Shown one piece after another: positions 39,772 to 54,117 of a DNA stretch of 64,000 nt. The position numbers were made by a program, and so were the translations under genes. The notes under the pieces are model-generated. The model searched no databases, was not told the origin of the DNA, and saw nothing but the letters and a program-made list of their open reading frames with translations. This stretch comes from Octopus vulgaris (Eukaryota). Location of the stretch: positions 117,490,001-117,554,000 of the forward strand of contig OX597817.1 in NCBI GenBank assembly GCA_951406725.2, given 5' to 3'. Every line of letters begins with the position of its first letter. The first letter of the stretch is position 1.

Positions 39772-40144
39772 CAAAAGCAATAATTTAGCTGAATAATAAA
39801 TATTCTAAGAGCGAAAATTCTATTCATTTTGGAATTTTCATTGATATGTCTTCTTTTTGCTCCTTATTGAAAACATTAAAGCAGAAAGAGATTTTAAAAG
39901 GAAACAATTTAAGAAAGAAAACATCGAAAACTCATATCTTCAATTACTGAACAATTTACTGAAAATTTGTATCAAATAATGGGTTTACCTTGCACCTGCC
40001 AAGCATCGATACATTGAAGTGAAAACTTCAGTAAGCCTCCCCGCTCTCTAATTTGCTGGATAAAACTTAGCCCGATACTTACACCCGTGTTACCAAATGT
40101 TACTATTAGCATAAATGGGGATGAAAGAATTCAAAGTTTTAATG

Positions 40145-40228
<84 letters not shown>

Positions 40229-40386
40229 ATATATACTTGTAATTTTTTGGACACCATTGTTAAACTCTACAATGCCAGTGATTATTAATTATAATAGCCG
40301 ATTTCATATTTGATGTTGGATTTCTTTTCCAATATTCTTTACTTAAAAATCTATTATATATAGGAGACTACGGCACCGGTACTGGA

Positions 40387-40773
40387 TATTAATAGTTATC
40401 GCCAAACTAGCATGGAAGTCGAGGAAAATAGGACGAATGTTGCTGTTGATTAGCTCCAAGAGGCCATCGCCTCTAGCTAGCTATGTGACACACACAAACC
40501 TGTGTCCATTATAACCTTCAAACAAGGGAGGTTACCAGCTTCCCCTTGTTGGTTTGACACCCACAGATTAATTTGGGAGTAGTTACCGCTTATCACTGTG
40601 GTGTAACCGAACTCAGCAGGCGTCGCTGCTGACCTCCCTTGTTCGAATGTTATAATAGACACAGGTTTGTGTCACATAGCTAGCTATAGGCGATGGCCTC
40701 TTGAAGCTAATCAACGGTAGCATTCGTCCTATTTACCTGGACTGGCATGTTAGCTTGGCGATAACTATCAATA
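40387..40773. mobile_element. Fold-back/MITE-like element with ~150-bp TIRs, related to the 37.1-kb element
   Basis: 40387-40539 vs 40625-40773 are inverted. The arm shares GGACGA...GTTG.TTAGC...CATCGC.TCTAGCT.GCTAT..GACACA...TGTCC with the 37.1-kb arms. Confidence 0.8.
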
Positions 40774-40950
40774 ATAATAATAATGTTAAGAAGTTCATGC
40801 ATTAGTATTTGGAATGTTTTAAAGTTCGATAACTGCCAACACACGAAACTTTTAGCCTTTGAGTCACTCTGTTGCTTCTGTTAAATATCAATAAAAATAT
40901 ACATATATTCATATTTTGCGTTGTATTATTTCTGTTTGCATCACTAAAGA

Positions 40951-41070
40951 TAGAGTGATTAATTTTTTTTGTTAAAGCCGCAAGATCATCACAGAATTGT
41001 CACTCAAAGGTTCACGTTCCTGACAGTTCTGTGATGCTTTTGCGGCTTTAACAAAAAATTATTTACTCTA
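40951..41070. repeat. ~50-bp-arm hairpin at the end of a (TA)n-associated element
   Basis: TTTTGTTAAAGCCGCAAGATCATCACAGAATTGTCA pairs with TGACAGTTCTGTGATGCTTTTGCGGCTTTAACAAAA around an 18-nt loop. Confidence 0.8.
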
Positions 41071-41131
41071 CCTTTGGTACTCGAGTACTATTTTTTCCAC
41101 CTTGTTCTGCGCTTATGTGCTCACTCGTGTA

Positions 41132-41230
<99 letters not shown>

Positions 41231-41255
41231 TTGTTTGTGTGTATATGTATGTATA

Positions 41256-41287
<32 letters not shown>

Positions 41288-41288
<1 letters not shown>

Positions 41289-41646
41289 GCAGTGTCTGTG
41301 CAAGACCCTGCCTTAGTAAAGTTAGACTCAAGAGTCATCTTCATAGTCATAAAGCGAGACAGATGAGTGACAACTTGGCCACAGGTGGTGGTGTTACACA
41401 CCATACTAATCATATCTGTTAGGCATGTGGAAGAGAGTGTAATTCGGCAGGAGGTCTTAAATGACATGTAAAGGTACATGAAGCCCAGTTACAACTACAG
41501 CCGGCTATTACCGGTAAAAGTTTTAGTTGCCAATTCTGTACAAGACATTGTAGATCTTTGGCTGGGCTAAAAAGTCACATTCGATCACAGCACCAGTAAC
41601 AGTTAAGCTTCGTGCAATGGCCATACTCGATAACGAGGGGGCAGCC
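41288..41646 (+). mobile_element. 5'-truncated non-LTR retrotransposon (RTE-like) 3' end encoding three C2H2 zinc fingers
   Basis: 41288-41599 translates as [21 protein letters not shown]...[19 protein letters not shown]...FSCQFCTRHCRSLAGLKSHIRSQHQ*. A short 3'UTR with a CTCG-ATAA-CGAG stem-loop is followed by a (TA)n tail. The 5' end abuts (TA)n. Confidence 0.75.
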
Positions 41647-42304
41647 ATATATATATATATATGATTCTAGATCTTGCATTTTAAATATATTAGCCACACA
41701 GGTCTGCATATTTGAAACTACGACGGAATAATTCTATTTGAAGAACTTCTGCTTGGGATTCAATAAACGATCGCAATGTTATCAGGAATTTCAGTTTCAG
41801 CACTATTGACATGGGACTGATATGTTTACATTGTCTATTATTTGGCTATAATTTAAATAGCTGAGAATTTTAATAGATTGCCATTACAACACGACGACCA
41901 GTGTTTACCTAATTTCATTATTTGTTTAGAGATAATTTATAAAGTGTAGATGAGATAATAATGAATTTATGTTATGCTTTGTTAATGTGCATAATCATAT
42001 AAGATTGTATCTGTAACATCATCTCCACCGCCACCGCCATCACCGCCGCCGCCGCCGCAACCACCACCACCACCACCGCTATCATCATAATCATTATCAT
42101 CATCGTCATCATCATCATCATCATCACCATCATCATTGTTATTAATATATATTTCTGTTGGTTTTATATTCTGAGTTCAAATACTGCTGAGGTCGACTTT
42201 GCATTTTATTATTTCGGGGTTTATGAAATAGGTACAGTCGAATAAAATCAACTTGCCCATTCCCTCAAATTTCAGGCACTGTGCCCTAAGAAAGAATTAT
42301 TATA

Positions 42305-42361
<57 letters not shown>

Positions 42362-42394
42362 GTTGTTGTTGTTGTTGTTTTTCTTCTATTTTGT

Positions 42395-42716
42395 TTCCAT
42401 TTCTTGTCAAATGTCTTCCTAACATTCCCCGTATACTGGAATTTTCATAGCGACAATGCTCTTCTCAGTACAAGTTATGTAAATGTTAAAACTTCTTTTT
42501 GCACACCTTGCAAACATAGCAAGCCTGAGACCATTCTCAAATAATTTTCCACACCTGTTTTGATTATGCCAAAAGCTTCAAGAGTCGCCCTTCTAACATA
42601 ACTGCTTTGAGATGTCACATTTTCTCGATGTTAGTGAGCAATTCTTTGTATTTTCTGAACTCGTTAAACTCTTTTGCTCCAATATTATAATCGCAAGGGA
42701 TACTCATGTCAATCAT
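42395..42716 (-). mobile_element. R4/Dong-like REL C-terminal relic
   Basis: IDMSIPCDYNIGAKEFNEFRKYKELLTNIEKM*HLK. Flanked by (TAT)n and (TAC)n arrays. Confidence 0.6.
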
Positions 42717-42766
42717 TAAATAGACCTCATTATTATTATCATTAATAAAGAAATTCTCCTCCTCCT

Positions 42767-42769
42767 CAT

Positions 42770-42847
<78 letters not shown>

Positions 42848-42855
42848 TACTACTA

Positions 42856-42893
<38 letters not shown>

Positions 42894-42918
42894 ACTACTG
42901 CTGCTGCTGCTGCTGCTG

Positions 42919-42983
<65 letters not shown>

Positions 42984-42987
42984 GCTG
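42767..42987. repeat. Compound (TAC)n/(TGC)n microsatellite
   Basis: Direct inspection. Other large SSRs: (TAA)n 8099-8185, (TTTC)n 17498-17620, (TA)n 33730-33905, (TA)n 45439-45522, (TAT)n 42295-42378, (TAC)n 63093-63185. Confidence 0.97.
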
Positions 42988-45428
42988 ATAAATACCTGTA
43001 AAATACTGGATTTGATATCATCGATTTTTCTTCACTCGCAGTTTTCAGTCCATGAGCTATCTTTAGATATTTCATTAAAAAGTAATGTTATATTAATTGG
43101 CTGAGAATTCTTTCCAAAATGTTTACACTTTTATCTATGTTAGATATCCCTACAATTCTAATGAATGCTAGGAATAATAAAATACAAGAAAAATATGCTA
43201 TTATGGAAAGTGATGTAAGTTCATGATCTCACGTGACAGCCTGCGGTGATCAAGTCTACCTGGCATCGTTCAAGGACCAGCATTCAAAAATGTGATCCAC
43301 GTATAAAACTTTCAAATTTTGGCACAAGGCCAATAATTTTCTAGAAGATTACATTGACCTCCGTGTTTATCTGGTACTTATTTTATTAACATCGAAAGGA
43401 TTAAAGGCAATGTTAATCCTGGTAGCACTTGAACTCAGAACGTACAGTCAGACGAAATATGACTAGTCATTTAGCCAGGCATGCTAACAATTTTGCTGCT
43501 AGCTGCCTTAATAATGATTAAGGTATTACTGATATATTTCAGGAATGAATTGTTAAACAGATGATTGATAAATAGAATTAACTAAGAACTCTAAAATATA
43601 AACAATGTTAGTCAATTACAAATTTTGTGCCCATTTAGATGTCAAGCATAGAGGACAACACAGGTCATGTCTTAGTCTTATTCTGACCGTTTCAGCAATG
43701 CATAGTCTTCCTCATAGTTAGTAGTACAGTAATGAATGTATCACTACTAAATACTGTATGACTGAACATTTAGTCACATACAAAACAATCGAGAAATGCC
43801 ATTCTTAATAAAACTAAAATCTAACATTTATTTGTGGTTTGATTTTTCACGATTACTGCATTAAATACTTTGATACTAGGTTATAATCAATGATATTTTC
43901 CATCAAAATGTATTAACTTGTACACTAGATTGGCAGAATTGCTTTCAGTGCTAGGCAAAATGCTTTATGCTACATGTTTGGTTGTTTCCTAGCAGAGTTT
44001 AAATTCTACTGCGGTGTATTTTGCCTTTCATCCTTCTGGTATTTATAAAACAAGAACGTTTAAGTATTGGTTTTGATTTAACTGCTTTTAACCTTCTTTT
44101 CAAATGTGTTGCCCTCTATCTGTGTTAGAAGTTGATATTGCTATTAAATATCTAAATATTATCGATGACTCAGTTAATATTTATAACTTACTGAAATATT
44201 AATAGTTAAGGGTGTCTATATTTCCTATGACTCCATTTGCATTATACTTCGATTTGTTACTTCTATGACTTCGATATGCATTTACACCAGTGACATAATT
44301 GGTAAGAACGTTACTACACTTGGTTCAGAAATAAAGGTTATTTGATCAGGTCTCGTCAGAACCATGTAAATTATCCCGGATAATAAGAAATACAGTGGCT
44401 GAAATGTTCATATATGAAATGTGGGATAAATGAAAATTTCTAATATCTACATATATAAATGTGGGACATACGTGGGTGCAAACATAATCATTGACCGAAA
44501 ACGTTTGGTTTCCAGTATGTTTCCCTCAGTAATCCACTGAGCAGCATGGACCCTGCATGATTCACTCAGAAGCATGCAGTGGGTGCAGGGTATGCAAACG
44601 TATCTCTTAAAACTTTTGGTGGGTGCAAAATCAAAATTTAATCTCCTAATTCGTCTTTTATCACATTTAGAAAACATTGTGTAAAAAGTGATCCGTAAAA
44701 AGTAACATGAAATTAGGCTTCTTCTCAAAGAACAAAGAACAAAAGTAAATAACAAAAACAAGACCTTGCTTATAAAAGATCTTGGGACTGGGTGTGCGTC
44801 TATTATGCAAATTTCGTTCCTCAGCCAGTGCTGAACAGAGCAGTGTCTTTAGCAACTGTTTTTCTACATTAGAATTGAGTTTACTAAAATATGTGTGAAA
44901 CTTGCAAGTTAGAAAATGTGTGAATGGATACTAGACTCTAGCTGTACTTTTATGGTAGTTAGGTTTAATTTTTTGCTCTTGACTGATTTTAGCAGAGACC
45001 ACTGATATTACTCCATTTCCATCTATCTAGGTGGATACATAAAAAGTTCACTTGCACTTCACTTCCTTTGCTGACTAAGTAAGAAATTGAAAATGAAAAT
45101 GCTCTTTAGAGGAGGTCAATAGTTTGAAAATTCATAATCTTATTATTGCTGTTCTTAATATTTTGTTAGTCATAATCACTCACAATGAATTTTTTTTTTT
45201 ACTGTAATATAATTAAACGTTGCTTATAAATGTAAATATATTTAACAGATTAAGAGATATTTCTGCAAAATATCTTGAGAAGAAAATTTTGTAATCTGTT
45301 TATGAACCGAGAGTAAAATGCTATAAATTGACAGTGATACAACAAACAAGCAAATATTTGACGTTAGTTTAAGCAAATATTTTCTGAAGATGAAGACGTA
45401 AAAAAGAACTACTAAGTATGTATATATA

Positions 45429-45526
<98 letters not shown>

Positions 45527-47913
45527 GTATGTCTATATATAAAAAGTATATATGTACGTATATATATACACATCAAAAGAACGTGTTACTTTATTGGTTT
45601 TGTTTTATCAATTCACTGTTTATTTATATTATCATATTAAGACCTCAGATGTATATTTTTATCTAAATTTCTCATGACTAGATAAAAAAATATTAACAGA
45701 GTACCATACTTATCACCTACTTAGAAGTTTCTTTTAGGAAATTTTAAGTGTTATAGTTTTATATAAAAGATATATATATATATATATATATATATAAACA
45801 TATACCAAGTCTATGCATAAGTGAATGAATAAAATAAAAATAAAACAAGACAAACTGAAGAAAAACAATTGCAGTTTCCTATAAAGAAATCTGTGCTATG
45901 CCATCTTAAGTGCAATCATCTTTACTACGTATTTTTTCAAATAATCACTTAATACATTAATTTTGTTTTTACTGATTCTTACTAATTTGAAGTAATATAT
46001 AGACTGTTTGTTTCGATGGTGAGATCATAACAAGATTGAAACGTAATCAGAGTTGTTTCCTGTAATTACCAAATTAATTAAAATAAATATTAATAGTCAT
46101 TAATCAATACTTTTCGTTTCTTTGTGCACCGCAATAACTTGTAGCTAGTTTTTTTTTTGTATCTACATTAAATATGCTAACTCTAAATTAACTATGTAGA
46201 ACTTAGTTTGATTTTGAAAATAGAAAATATAATATTACTCATAACAGTATTGATTAAAAAATAAATTCATTATTTTGTACTATTTTTGCTTATTTTCTGT
46301 ATAATTTATCAAAATTGAATATTGAGACTACTAATTATTTGCAGTTATTTAAAAAAAAGAATTAACCGACAATGATGTATGAATATCTATGGTCCCTAGA
46401 AATAGCTTCAGAAGTTATATACAGACAAGCCTATTATTATGATTATTGTTCTGCTCAGCTGAAGTGTTCTATTAGTCTCCCAGGTTTCTCCTAATTGTAA
46501 TTCATGAGATGTCACAATACGAAAATATTCCCTAAACCAACCTTTTATGAGGACCATTTGCAGTTTCATGCCTCAAATGGAATCGGAATCAATATCATTA
46601 ACTATGGCTATAAGATCAAGATTGTGTTATCACTTGCTGAAAAGGAAGAACCCCTGACTGGTAAAAATGAAGATCATCTCATTTCTGTATAGCCATTTAT
46701 TATTGAGACAATAGAATATTTATAAATATTTTAAGAATTTTCTGAAGGAGAATAATATATTGAATTGAATTAATAGATAATCACTATATCCTACGGTAAA
46801 AAACGTCAGTTTTTGAAATGTTATTCAAATATTACAATAACAGTTTCCTGACAAATTATCTAAAAAGTGTAAATTATTCAAGCAATGATTTGAATAGAAT
46901 CACTTAGAAAAAATAGAGTAAAGTAAGGAAATATAATCTTTGTTACTTGTGCAGGCGTTGGACACTGATATAACATACATTGTATGTTTCATATATTGTG
47001 TCGTTATTTCTATATCAATCTAATATTCTTTATTAACATTAACATTTCAATACACATTGGGTTTTCCATATTTATAAGCATTATATTTGTCTGCTCTACT
47101 TCTAATTTGTTGAGTCAATGAGGAGACACTCTATATAGTTAACTCAAAATGTTTACAAATATTAACTAAATCTACTTCAAATACACAACACTGTTCAAAA
47201 GTTAAGGGACTTGTGGTTAATGTTATATCTGGCATGCTGCTTGTCTACACAATTTGAACGCCTTTGTTAATACGTCTACTATATCAAGGATTACTTGTGG
47301 CTAGAAAACAATATATTGTCATCATATTAACTATAGACTTGTATAGTCACATCATGTACTGGAGTATATAAAATTGGAGTGAATGAATGTATCCTAGGAA
47401 TTCTTTCTCGAATGATGTCTAGTTATCAGAATTTTCCAGATTGTTTAATGCTTACTATAAATTGATATAGAAAGTCTAATAAAAATAAATGCCATCAATT
47501 CACGGAATAGGGTATTGAATACTTGAAATAGGTAGCCTCTCTCTGTATTGTGATAAGTAAAAATCCACTGTATTCAATATTCATGTGGGCCGGACAAAGT
47601 GAACATGACACGAGGTACGACCACAGTACAGATTCAAAGAATGTTTATGAGTGTTCGTGAAAAATTTAGCTTCAAGATGAATTCCAAAGCCACAGGTAAA
47701 ATAATCACTAAAATCAACATCATTGCAAAATATATGTGAGTAGATGTTGTTATGGTTCTTACTATTGATTATGATGACGGTGGAAATGATGATGATGATG
47801 TGGAAGAGGATGAAGGTATACGAAAAGTATATAATAGTGGTATGTTGTGGATGTGTTTATGCTAAACATTACATAAATTTTCTGAAGAGCATTTCCTTAT
47901 TACTCTAATAAAT

Positions 47914-47946
<33 letters not shown>

Positions 47947-47948
<2 letters not shown>

Positions 47949-48240
47949 GTAGTCTGATCAATAAGTATCCGGACTGCTGCCATAGCAACGAAGCTAAAGT
48001 ACGCAGAGTGAAGTTACTTGACACATTGACAATTAACTCTGGTGTGCATGCACACTAAGTTTTAACGTTCTAGCTCACTTCCCCTGTTTACAGCTGTGTT
48101 TGGAAAGAAGGTATGTAGCGTGTAATCGTCCCATTGACAATGCCAGAGAACGTTGAGCAGAGTATCTGCATCAAATTTTGCCAAAAGCTTGGTGATAACT
48201 GCTCAGAAACCTACGATAAGTTTCCAAAAAGTGTTTTCAC
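47947..48240 (+). mobile_element. 5' end of a second mariner family, truncated
   Basis: TA followed by a mariner-type TIR (CGTAGTCTGATCAATAAGTATCCGGACT). N-terminus MPENVEQSICIKFCQKLGDNCSETYDK matches the mariner EQRxxIKFCxKLG motif. Confidence 0.75.
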
Positions 48241-50282
48241 CGTTCTCGACACAATCAAGGAGATCTTGGGCAACTTAAACTCGAATGTCTTTTTAAACGC
48301 ACCGAGAAGCTGTCAGTGGATATACTCTTTTTTGCAGCAGTCGGCACTGTCTAACACGACCCATCATCTGAAATGTTGATAACTCGTTCGGGTTTGTTGT
48401 CCTACATCACTCATAAAGCGACGGTTTTGGCTGACTGTGATCCTGTACTCCCCTTGTTGCTAGCGAAATGGTATGTGCCGGCTGTGTGACCAACTGGTTG
48501 TTTTAATGGCGGAACAAGCAGGACAGGACATTAACGATTACAAAAATAGCAATTCTCACTTTGAAACTAATGATTTTGAAAATCTTTTTTAATTACGGAA
48601 CGCCCTGCTCTCTCATGTATCCATGATTAAAATTTCAGTGCTATTGGATGAACAATACTCGAGAGTTATAAGCGCACAAACGGACATACAGAGATACATA
48701 AAAGATTTAATATACATACATATATATATTGTAAACTCTGCTTGCCACCACAATGTGTCAGTCGTAAAGAGGATGATGTTACTACTTTTTAGCCCCAAGA
48801 AAACATGCTTTACAGCTGGCTACCGACATATGGGCTGTCTGTATACTGTCAGCAAGCGAGTTTATCACTCTCTTGCTAGCCTTAGCGATAACTGCAGACC
48901 AATGGTTTCTGGATTATTTATCTTCTCGGTGGTATGCCTTATGCTCACAGTATGTGTGTGTTTATGTGTGTGTATCTATGTATGATCTCGTAACAGATTC
49001 AGAGGAAGTGATGTTGAGAATGCAGCTGTCAAACCATTAATTGCTGAACAAATACTTCTGTTTGAAAATTATCCTAGTCATCTGCAAAGCTGTTTCCAGT
49101 AGAACTCCTGAGAAATATCCGGGATTAACTATAATTCTCATGAGCAAATATTTCTTATCAATGTCAAGAAAATCTATGTTTTCTTATTTACTTTCATTTA
49201 TTGTCGTCCCTATCTGAAATTATAGAAATATTTGAATGGAAAAATCCATTAATGGACTAATATTTTCTTCATAAGTACCATAAAAATTAAATCCTTTATA
49301 ACTCAAAAGAAACATTCTATATATATATATACGTACATGCATACACACACATATACATGTGTGTATATATGTCTGTGTTATGTATTTTATTCATATATAT
49401 ATATGCAATATATACATATATGTGTATATGTATATATATACATGTATACACACACGCTCTTATATATGTATATATTAACAATTTTGCTTACGATTAGAAA
49501 TTGTTATAGATATATTATAATACATTATTTCTGAGTTTGTACACAAGTTCTTCAACCTAAATATTAATTATTGGGTTTTATTTTTATAAAATATGAAACG
49601 TAATGATTTACCATTTTAGCTTCATTTTATAGAAAAAATTGGGAAAACCGGATGAATGTAACTAACTCAGCATTAAGTTAAAACCGACATACTAAGTATA
49701 TATAAACCATTGAAAGGCAAGATTCAGATGCTATTTTCTGAGAAAAAATGTTTTTCGCTGATATGTTGTGTTAAAAATACAATATATATGGGTGTTAGGT
49801 GAACATCTTTGCACATACACAAGAGCAACAAATGCGTTGCTCTCTATTCAGGGTTTGTTAATGTTATGCACCTGTTTTTCCCTTGTGAAAATGAACTTTA
49901 TTCTTCAATTTATAGGAATGACTCGGCAATGTAGATACACATTTAGTAACAACTGAAAAACTATTTACAAATATTTTAAATTGTGAAGCCTGCAAAATAA
50001 TTATAGATTTTATCTGAATTCCTCAGGCTTGAAATAACATTTGAAAGGCATTGATTAAGTTGATATGAATATAGATACATGCACATATGTACTGAATCGT
50101 ACCACAACACTGTTAAAAAATATCAAAAATCTAATTTTATGCCATAAGGTTTTTTTTAATTCCATTTATTCAACTTAGCATATATAACTAAGGATAGCAA
50201 TGAAAGTAGGAATACTTTAAAAACGTTGCTTGATTCACAAGAAATAACAGTGAAAACCTCTTGAATTATCTTTTATATTTTT

Positions 50283-50660
50283 ATTTTTAATTTGCTTCAG
50301 TCATTAGACTACGGCTATGCTGGTGCACTGTCTTGAAGAAGCTTAGTCAACTGAATAGACGCTAGTACATATTTTACTGTTTTTTAACCTGGTGCTTATT
50401 ATATCGATCTCTTTCGTTGAACCACTAAATTGCAGGAATATAGACGTACCAGCACCGGTTGTCAAGCTTTGACACAAAGACACACGCACACACATATATA
50501 CAAGTTACTTTCGATTTCGATCTACCAAATCCACTTTGAAGGATTTGGTCGGCTTGAGACTATAGTAGAAAACATTTGCCTAATGTGTTAAACAGGGGGA
50601 CTGAACCCAGACCCATGTGGTTGGAAAGCAAACTTCTTATCACACAGCCACACCTACACC
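50283..50660 (-). mobile_element. SINE family B, diverged
   Basis: Reverse-complement similarity to 3257-3712. Confidence 0.75.
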
Positions 50661-53604
50661 TATAATTTCTCCAGTCATCTTTAAAAAAGGCCTTCATATT
50701 ATAAAGTATTAAATATGATAGACTGAATAGTGCACGTTTGAGTATATAGCCAGAAGGAAAGCTGGAATGATCATATAGTTAAAATATTGTTAATTACAGG
50801 GCCCACCAACGGTTAATGAATGACAGCATAGAAATTAAATAGTAAATTCGTAATATTTTGATATAGCTTTTAATCTCGTCTCATTTTGACAGAGTAATCT
50901 CAACTGTCATATATTATTTTATGATATCATCCACTAGTATGCAACCATGCTGAATCACCATTTTCAAGCATTTGTACACAGTAATTGATCAAAATACATA
51001 GTGATTTGTATTTGTTTTATCGATCTTTATGGTTGAATTTTTCAGTTACAACACATCATTCTAATTTTTCTGTATACACATAGAAACAATAGAGCAAAAA
51101 CTTTTGAATAAGGGATAACGTTTAAATAAGGGGTAAACATTTAAATAAGGGATAAACAAAAGAGAGACAAAATACAGAACAGAAAAGCAAAATGAAATTC
51201 CAAATTTGCTTAAGAAAAGATATGTATCCCTGACCAATATCTGGAAAACAGAGAAAACTAACCTATATAGAAAATCTAGCAGTGATTGAAATATACTGAG
51301 CTGAATAAATACAAAAATAGAATGTTTGATGCTAGTTATATAAAATTTAGAAACATAACACGCTGAAATATCTATATTATACCAGTACTACAAAGAAATA
51401 TTTGGCCACATATTATCTGGCTGGCCATTCCTCACGAGGCAGAATATATTCACACACATAACTGTGTAGGTAGCAATAATCCTTGGACAATACCGACATG
51501 CTAATAGGAATATGAAGGATGATATATAAAAATGAACCAAAACGGAACTATGAGAACGACCTAACTATAACAGTCTGAAACAAGTCTGCCAAACTGATAT
51601 GGAGATGAAAGTAACCACCTGACTCTCAGAAGACATTCTATGCAAGGTACTTTCAATATTACAACGAGAATAAATTCTATGTAATAATCTTCTAGTACAG
51701 TAGCATATCTCTCTGATACACCATACAATTCGAAACAAATATTAAGCAATGAAATAACCACCATACTTCACTCCACCAAGAAATAATAACAACTCAGTAA
51801 CATCAGAAACAACTAAAAGAACGTCGCAATGTATGAAATTAGATCTAACTGATAAAGGTGGCTCTATTCTTTCAAGGACAATACTGTGCATGTCAGCTAG
51901 TTTCAGGATGCACTTAGTAGTGCAGTAACTAAGAAATCTATTGAAATTATTACTTTTGCTGCTACTACTACAACTTGTATTATTATTACTGCTAATAATT
52001 TCAAATTTTGGTACGAGGCCAGCAATTTCTGGGAAGTGTGTAAGTCGATTACATCGATCCCAGTACTCAAGTGGTAGTTATTTTATCAACCCAAAACGGA
52101 TGAAAGGCAAAGTCGACCTGAAAAGAATTTGTACTTAGAGTGTAAAGACGGATGAAATGCCGCTAAACATTTTGTCCGGTGTGCTAACGATTCTACCAGA
52201 ATAATTAAACAAAAGATTTTAATGGCCACAGATATGACTTCAGGCACAATAACAGTAGTTCGACCGAACTTGAACATTTTGCTCCAAACGGCTGCAATTT
52301 TGAAAAAGACCTGATTAATAATATGTTATGATTGTGCGGTGGTGGTGGGCGATAATAATTTACCGTTCTAAAATACCTGTGGCGGGAATATGTAAACTTT
52401 TGCGGCTGTCAACATTTTCTCTCTATAGATGCAGACAGACGTACTGTGAGAGAGTTGGTAGGAGAAAGAGTGACAAAGAGACAGCGAAGGCGGAGAGGGA
52501 ATGAGAGGGGAAGGTGTCAAATGTCGTTATAGAGAGATTATGGAGGGAAGGAAGGAAAGAGAGAGATCGAGGAAGACAGGGTAATATCCGAAAGGGAGAA
52601 ACGACAAACACTTGTCAAAGTCTGGGTTTTGTTGCCTTAGTAACCACAGCTTTTGAGATAGGGGTTTCAAACCTAGCCCAGTCGCTTCCTCGCCTCTTTT
52701 TAGATGTCCCTGTAAATTTGGACCGTTCCCATTCCAAAATGAGACAAACAACCAAGAAATCAAACAACTTTTTCGCATTTCAGCTTTATAGATATTGATA
52801 TATTAACATTTCTCAATTAAACTGAAATCTTAAAAAATGTTTGAGTTTCAGTTACATCGGAGCATCATCTCTGCGTGGTATATTCATCACCTATTTAATA
52901 ATTGTAATTAACAAGTGCTTCTTGTTCAGTAAGCTATTATTACATATTTATAGCTTAGAATCATTTTAAGGATCGAGTTGCTCATTCGATTGTAAGCTTT
53001 CTTCTTTTCTGGGGAACAATTATTAGCTGCAGGTATAATTCATACTAGAGATTCTTGAAGAAAACATTTCTTTCACTATTGCTAGAAGTTACTATTACTC
53101 AAATGGTTTCAAATTAACCTTCCTTTTCTTAGAAAGAGTTTATTTCCAGAGTAAAAGATCTTATTTAAGAAATTGCTAATTCTGAATAAGACCCAAGTTT
53201 GAATATAGGTGTTTCTTAATTGATGAATAAATATTCCTCGGGCAATAGTTCATGCATCTATAAGTATATTGTAGATTTCATAGATTACCAGACAAACACT
53301 TTTCTAAAAACAATAAAATAATAAATGAATACCTACGTATTCTTTTTTTTTTTTTAGCTGACCCCTCAAACACTACTTTTGTAAACTGAGTTCTCTATAA
53401 CTAAATCACATATTTTTCACTTCCAGAATCTTCTAATATTCAGAAACATCATGAAATCCTAATACCGAGTATATACTCTCACAATATATAAAATATACTG
53501 CCATCTTTAGCTGTATCTTTGTTTAAAATTATATTCTTGTGCTTATAAACCTCATTTTCATTGGGTGTTCACATTCTTATAAAGATTATTTAATTTTTAT
53601 CATT

Positions 53605-53985
53605 TATTTGTTTCAATTACTGGAACACGACCATGTTTGGACACCACTTTGAAAGATTTAGTTGAGAAAACCAATGCCAGTTCATTTATAGTTTTTTAAG
53701 CACTAACATTTATTTATCGGTCTCTTTTTGCTGAACTGCCATGATACAGTGACATAAACAAATCAAAAATAGCTGACAAGCCGTGCAGAGACAAACACAA
53801 AGGCACATACTCAAACATGTACATATGACGGGTCTTTACATAGTCATGGTTTCCGTCTAACAAATTCACACTCAGCACTTTGCTTGGCCTGGGGTTATAG
53901 TGTTAGATACCTACCCAACTTCCTGCAAAGCGGCTCGGAAATCCAAACCACATGATTGTAGAAGAAGCCCCTTATCCATACAGAC
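53605..53985 (-). mobile_element. SINE family B, highly diverged
   Basis: Colinear decayed similarity to the other family B copies. Confidence 0.6.
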
Positions 53986-54117
53986 ATGCTTGTGCATATG
54001 TGTTGTACTTCATGTTATCCAATTACTCATCAAACTATTTACTTTGAGGAAAATTACATTAAAATATGTCCAATGTTAAGTGTAAGGAAAAAGCACTTGT
54101 CATGCTGTTACAGAACC

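Noticed and set aside
42716-43075. 119-aa poly-Val/Ala ORF
   Set aside because: Read-through of the (TAC)n/(TGC)n microsatellite; no coding context.
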